From positions 205 through 64,204 of the forward strand of contig DANJ01000007.1 in assembly GCA_002497285.1 (NCBI GenBank): 64,000 bases of DNA, written 5' to 3'. Both the position numbers and the translations under genes were made by a program. Every line of letters starts with the position of its first letter. Positions within the stretch are counted from its first letter, which is position 1. This DNA is from Candidatus Pacearchaeota archaeon UBA92 (GTDB lineage Archaea; Nanobdellota; Nanobdellia; Pacearchaeales; GW2011-AR1). Positions 59,953-64,000 of this stretch are shown here, piece by piece. The notes under the pieces were generated by a model. That model had not been told where the DNA came from and did no database searches. It saw only the letters and a program-made list of their open reading frames with translations.

Positions 59953-61155
59953 TTAATCTTTGAGAAGCATTATTGAGCCCCATAGGAAGGCCATCGATGA
60001 AAATATCAGCGCAAATGAAAACTGAATAAGACTATGTGAAAAGTAAAACAATAGGAGTATTTCAATTACCAAAAACATAGACAAATACCCATATCCTTTC
60101 ACTTTATTTAAGGATAGTTTATGCAATAGGATAAGATTAGTTATTGAAGTAATTCCAGTAGCTATTCCAAGATAAAATAGAATGTTTGAGGCATCTTCAA
60201 TAACTTTCCCAGCAAACACTCTTATTATCAAGTCAGAGAAAAAGTAAAATACTATAAGTGCACAAGCTATTCCTATAGATAATAAAACTAACGAGTTAGT
60301 AAACACATTTCCAGAATCTTTGCCTTTTTTTCCCTCGGAGGACAAAGGAAACATTGCCCTGCTTATCGGCTGTGTACCCCAGAAGATTATTTTTGATAAT
60401 ATCGAAGCAATAGCATAAACTCCGGCAGTTTCAGGAGAAAAGACAATTTTAGCAATAATTATATCCATAGTATAAAAGACAATTATGAAAAAAGTAACAA
60501 AGAAAGCGGGCTTGGCATATTGGTAAATTCCAACAGTCTCCGCCTTCTTAATTTTTGATTTTATTATATCTCGTATGGGTACAAAAGATATGGCAAAGGC
60601 AAAAAAAGTTCCAAGGATAGTTCCTAGAATTGCCCCATAAACTCTCCAACCAATATAGACAAATGCAACGGCCAGGACAAGTTTAGATACCGACTCCAAA
60701 ACCATGTTTAATCCAAAAACACCAAATCTTTTCTTTCCCTGCATTATTCCCCGATTAACCGGAAGAAGGAATGAACTGAAAATTATTAACCCATTCAATG
60801 CCAATAACGGATAGCTTATATGAAGAAGATAAGTTAAGGGAATCGCGACGACAAGGTAAATAAAAAACATTACTGCTCCAAAGAAAAACGCTTTTCTCAT
60901 TGTCTTTCTCAAGATATCATTAAGTTTGCCTTTATCATTTTCTACAGAAGAATATTTTACAACAATTGTTTGTACTGACTCTGTAAAGACTGCCCACATG
61001 TAAATCATAGCAAATAACGTTGCAAATATCCCATAATCTGCAATATCAAGCATTCTAGCCATTAAAAGTTGAAATACAAAATTAAGAAAATTGAAAAGTC
61101 CAAATGAAAATAATAAAATTATACTGCCCTTAAGGAGAGTCTTGTTTATTTTCAT
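59953..61155 (-). CDS. Oligosaccharide flippase (Wzx/MOP superfamily)
   Basis: 400 aa, about 12 TM segments. 4-nt overlap with the upstream aglH-like gene. Confidence 0.65.
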   Translation of the reverse strand: MKINKTLLKGSIILLFSFGLFNFLNFVFQLLMARMLDIADYGIFATLFAMIYMWAVFTESVQTIVVKYSSVENDKGKLNDILRKTMRKAFFFGAVMFFIYLVVAIPLTYLLHISYPLLALNGLIIFSSFLLPVNRGIMQGKKRFGVFGLNMVLESVSKLVLAVAFVYIGWRVYGAILGTILGTFFAFAISFVPIRDIIKSKIKKAETVGIYQYAKPAFFVTFFIIVFYTMDIIIAKIVFSPETAGVYAIASILSKIIFWGTQPISRAMFPLSSEGKKGKDSGNVFTNSLVLLSIGIACALIVFYFFSDLIIRVFAGKVIEDASNILFYLGIATGITSITNLILLHKLSLNKVKGYGYLSMFLVIEILLLFYFSHSLIQFSFALIFSSMAFLWGSIMLLKD

Positions 61156-62162
61156 TTAAATATTCCTGTTCTAAAGATTATGAATCCTAAAATAATTATC
61201 ACCAATTGAAATGTCCATATTAAATAAACGACTTTCTTTTCTGTAGCTCTGCCTTTTTTATTTAACAACCAGATTGCTAAATGCCCTAATCCATAAATAT
61301 TATTCTCTCTTAAATCAAGGCTTCCATCTTTTTTAGGCTTTCCAAATGATTGTTTGATAAGTTTTCCTCTTGCCTTCAGAAAGAATTCCATAATATAAGG
61401 TATAAAAAAGAATACTGCCACTTTTTCAAAATTGCCAAGGATTGCAATAATTGCAATAAGCCCTCCGACACCATAGGTTAAAGAATCTCCTGGAAATACT
61501 TTTGCAGGAAAGAAATTGTAAACTAGAAAAGCAAGAAGAGAAAAAGCCATACACAAAGAAACAACAAATAGCCACGAGCTTCCCGTAAAGTAGGCAACCA
61601 ATCCAGTACCTACCATTAGTAATATTCCCTGTCCAGCCTCTAAACCGTTAAAGCCAGCAAGAAAATTAAACGTCGTTGTTGCGCCAACAATTCCCAAAGG
61701 AATAATTATGAGCGGATATAAAATACCGAGCTCAATAGTTCCAAAAAGAGGAAGTCCTATTTCAGATTTTCCCGCATTTATCACCATCAAAGGAATAGCA
61801 GCTAATAATACAAGAATAATTCTATGTCTTCTTCTCAATCCACCCATCTGCCAGCCCAAAAGGTCATCAACGAATCCAACTCCTGCCAAAAATAATACCA
61901 CCACAAGCATTGCAAGAAGTTCTATCAAAAAATCATTACTCTTAAGCACAAAGGTCCTGTAAGATATAAAAATCAAAATTCCAATTATAAACGCCAGAAC
62001 TGTAATGATTCCTCCCGAACCAGCCACTCTTTCCTTAGAAGTCTTATTCATATCATTCCATAAAAGCCCTATTCTCTTAGCTTTTTTTATCCAGAAAGGA
62101 GTAAAGAGTAAACTAATAAGAAAGCTCAATAAAATCGGCACTACTAAGATATAATTTATCAT
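61152..62162 (-). CDS. aglH: UDP-HexNAc:dolichyl-phosphate HexNAc-1-phosphate transferase (MraY/WecA/AglH family)
   Basis: Polytopic membrane protein with GFVDDLLG and FNFLAGFNGLEAGQG motifs. Confidence 0.8.
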   Translation of the reverse strand: MINYILVVPILLSFLISLLFTPFWIKKAKRIGLLWNDMNKTSKERVAGSGGIITVLAFIIGILIFISYRTFVLKSNDFLIELLAMLVVVLFLAGVGFVDDLLGWQMGGLRRRHRIILVLLAAIPLMVINAGKSEIGLPLFGTIELGILYPLIIIPLGIVGATTTFNFLAGFNGLEAGQGILLMVGTGLVAYFTGSSWLFVVSLCMAFSLLAFLVYNFFPAKVFPGDSLTYGVGGLIAIIAILGNFEKVAVFFFIPYIMEFFLKARGKLIKQSFGKPKKDGSLDLRENNIYGLGHLAIWLLNKKGRATEKKVVYLIWTFQLVIIILGFIIFRTGIFK

Positions 62163-62163
62163 T

Positions 62164-64000
62164 TTATCTGCTCAGGAAAGAAGGTCCTGCGAGGTTTAAA
62201 TAAGATTCATTTTTCTCCATCCCAGTAGGATAGTCTATCTCCCAGATTTTTATTGGTCCCCTAATGCCATTAAAGTAAGCAAAATCACCAATTTTAACGC
62301 CCTGTGCTCTCAAATTAGCCACAAGAAAATCATCTTCGGTATGAACAAGCTTAAAATGGTTTTCTTCATTATACAAATATAATCTCGCAAGTTGAGATTT
62401 AACAGTTCTCTCACTAAGATAGATTAAAGAGCCATCATTCTCAACTTGAACTTGTCCGTTAGAATCCTGATTTATTCTAGGCATCAAAAATATTCCTGCT
62501 TCAACTCCTGTTCCGAAGTCGATGAATTTCCCATCATAAGCGTATCTCAAAGGAAGTGTATATTGATTTGATTGATAGACAAATATTCCTACAGGTTGTT
62601 TAAGATTTCCTTGGTCGTCTCTTTCAACGCTAACTGCACCAACACCGGCAACAGCACCTCCATTTCCAGCACCAAGTCCAGGAAGATAAATTTTGCTTCC
62701 ATTTTGCTCATAAATCAAATCGTCATCAAGTGAAAATCCTCCTCGATATAAGAAGATAGTACTATTCTTTTTTTCAAGCACTTGTGTATTATCCCTTAAA
62801 AATACAGTAAGCCAGCTTCTTCTGTCATAATTTGCATCAGAACCGATACTTGCAAATGCTCCATATTTTCCAATATCAGTACTATCAATAAGAAAATTAG
62901 TAGTACCATGAGCATATAAAAAGTTCAAGGCTTCCATTTCATCAGGTCCAGTTAATGCATACCTCCCCATTAAATGATTCCAGTAACCTATCGCGTTTCC
63001 CCCATCTAAAACCGTCGCTCTCTCTCCAATTGTCTGAATCCAATAGCCATAATCCCACCAATGCCCAAATACCGCGTCCTTAGGGGTATTATCTCTCACC
63101 CAAGACATTGCTTTTTGCCATTGTTGGTTATATGCAGAGGGGTAATATCCTTGAGCACTTGAACTACTCATTTGATAAAATCCTTGTGCCGAGAACAGCA
63201 TAAAAATAACAAGAAGGGCAAATACAACCCATCCAACTATTTTCATGCTCTTTAGTCTCTTAACATCATCATAAAATGAAACTACAAAATAAGATGCGAT
63301 TATAGCGGAGGATGGAACAAGAACCATAATAAGTCTTACTGCCCCTCTTGCTGAGATTATTGTAAGGAAAAAGAAAAAGAACAATAGCAAAAGCCCATAA
63401 TCCAATGCTTTATATTTGTCAGTCAGTCCCAATTTATATTCTTTATAATAATAATATCCAAAACATCCTGCAAAAATTACAACTCCGAGAAAATAAAACC
63501 AGATACTTGCGAAATTCTCTCCATTAAATACACTTTCCGGAGTATATCTACTGAAGACTATTGCAGTAAGAAGAAACAAATAACTTAGGGTAAGAATTAT
63601 TCTCTCTTTTTTATCAAATTTCTTAATCATTTTAAAGAATAGGTAGGCAGACCCAATAAAGAATATCCAGAAGAATACTGCAACACCTTTAAGATAAGGT
63701 CCAAAGCTTGCTTCCCATTCAGTGAAATAAGGCTGTCTGTTCTCAGCAACAGTTACTCCAATTCTTCCAGTTGTCGGCTTTATTAAAACTTCAACAGCAT
63801 CATTCACCTTATTGAAAACAAAGTTCCCTCCAGAAAATATAGACAATACTATTATTCCAATCACAACCACAAATATAAGTGACAGGACTGGCTCTGGAAT
63901 CTTTGCTAAGAAACCCTTCTTTAGATATTTCTTCAATCTATCAAACAAAAGAAAATGAAACCCTATTACAAAGAATGTCAGCACAGCAATTCCCGTTGTT
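62164..64000 (-). CDS. aglB: Oligosaccharyltransferase AglB/STT3 (partial; N-terminus lies beyond the window end)
   Basis: WWDYGYW motif (nt 63040-63060), TVAE loop motif, TM-rich N-terminal part and soluble C-terminal domain. The frame stays open from the tracked GTG at 63984 to nt 64000. Confidence 0.85.
   Translation of the reverse strand, partial: TTGIAVLTFFVIGFHFLLFDRLKKYLKKGFLAKIPEPVLSLIFVVVIGIIVLSIFSGGNFVFNKVNDAVEVLIKPTTGRIGVTVAENRQPYFTEWEASFGPYLKGVAVFFWIFFIGSAYLFFKMIKKFDKKERIILTLSYLFLLTAIVFSRYTPESVFNGENFASIWFYFLGVVIFAGCFGYYYYKEYKLGLTDKYKALDYGLLLLFFFFFLTIISARGAVRLIMVLVPSSAIIASYFVVSFYDDVKRLKSMKIVGWVVFALLVIFMLFSAQGFYQMSSSSAQGYYPSAYNQQWQKAMSWVRDNTPKDAVFGHWWDYGYWIQTIGERATVLDGGNAIGYWNHLMGRYALTGPDEMEALNFLYAHGTTNFLIDSTDIGKYGAFASIGSDANYDRRSWLTVFLRDNTQVLEKKNSTIFLYRGGFSLDDDLIYEQNGSKIYLPGLGAGNGGAVAGVGAVSVERDDQGNLKQPVGIFVYQSNQYTLPLRYAYDGKFIDFGTGVEAGIFLMPRINQDSNGQVQVENDGSLIYLSERTVKSQLARLYLYNEENHFKLVHTEDDFLVANLRAQGVKIGDFAYFNGIRGPIKIWEIDYPTGMEKNESYLNLAGPSFLSR

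Noticed and set aside
1-64000. Search for CRISPR arrays, transposases, integrases and phage or defence genes, as an explanation for the accessory character of the island.
   Set aside because: I found no regularly spaced direct repeats and no ORF with recombinase, transposase, nuclease or defence-type motifs. The only long repeat is the 147-bp intragenic tract.
1-64000. Alternative that the contig is from a CPR or other low-GC bacterium, given the many bacterial-type sugar genes (GT9, heptose, Pse, WbpG).
   Set aside because: The Rpp21-type RNase P protein, AglB/STT3 with WWDYG, the AglH-type transferase, an anticodon-loop tRNA intron, tRNAs without encoded CCA, the aIF5A-like protein and TATA-box promoters all point to an archaeon. 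The bacterial-type genes are better explained by horizontal acquisition.

Overview
Low-GC (about 30% by spot counts), very gene-dense window that reads as a small-genome archaeon, possibly DPANN-like. The archaeal markers are an Rpp21-type RNase P subunit, an unlinked 5S rRNA, three tRNAs without encoded CCA (one with an 11-nt anticodon-loop intron), SecF-SecD, an aIF5A-like mini-protein, AglH, and an AglB/STT3 oligosaccharyltransferase carrying WWDYGYW. TTTAAAA boxes sit about 25-28 nt upstream of the RNA genes. After about 4.8 kb of housekeeping genes, nearly everything from 4.8 kb to the window end (about 59 kb) is surface-glycan or lipid-decoration biosynthesis. This includes: (1) a GDP-D-glycero-alpha-D-manno-heptose operon plus a distant GT9 heptosyltransferase-like gene; (2) a ten-gene operon (10.7-19.3 kb) with a kinase/nucleotidyltransferase fusion, a second nucleotidyltransferase, reductases, cupins, a cobalamin-type radical SAM enzyme and a CDP-alcohol phosphotransferase, which I cannot map to any characterised pathway and regard as the best candidate for a new system; (3) a carbamoyltransferase module with SxtJ/SxtK-like small membrane proteins and an SGNH-fold protein; (4) a pseudaminic-acid-like nonulosonic acid locus with an acetamidino (WbpG/HisH/HisF-like) triad, partly inside a higher-GC block at 27.5-36.2 kb; (5) dTDP-rhamnose genes with an RmlD-RmlC fusion and a sugar C-methyltransferase; (6) repeated pairs of a polyprenyl-phosphate glycosyl synthase (GT2) with a GT-C membrane transferase; (7) two flippases. 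I saw no transposases, integrases or CRISPR arrays. All family assignments come from motif recognition by eye. No database search was run, and the GC values are hand counts of individual 60-nt lines.
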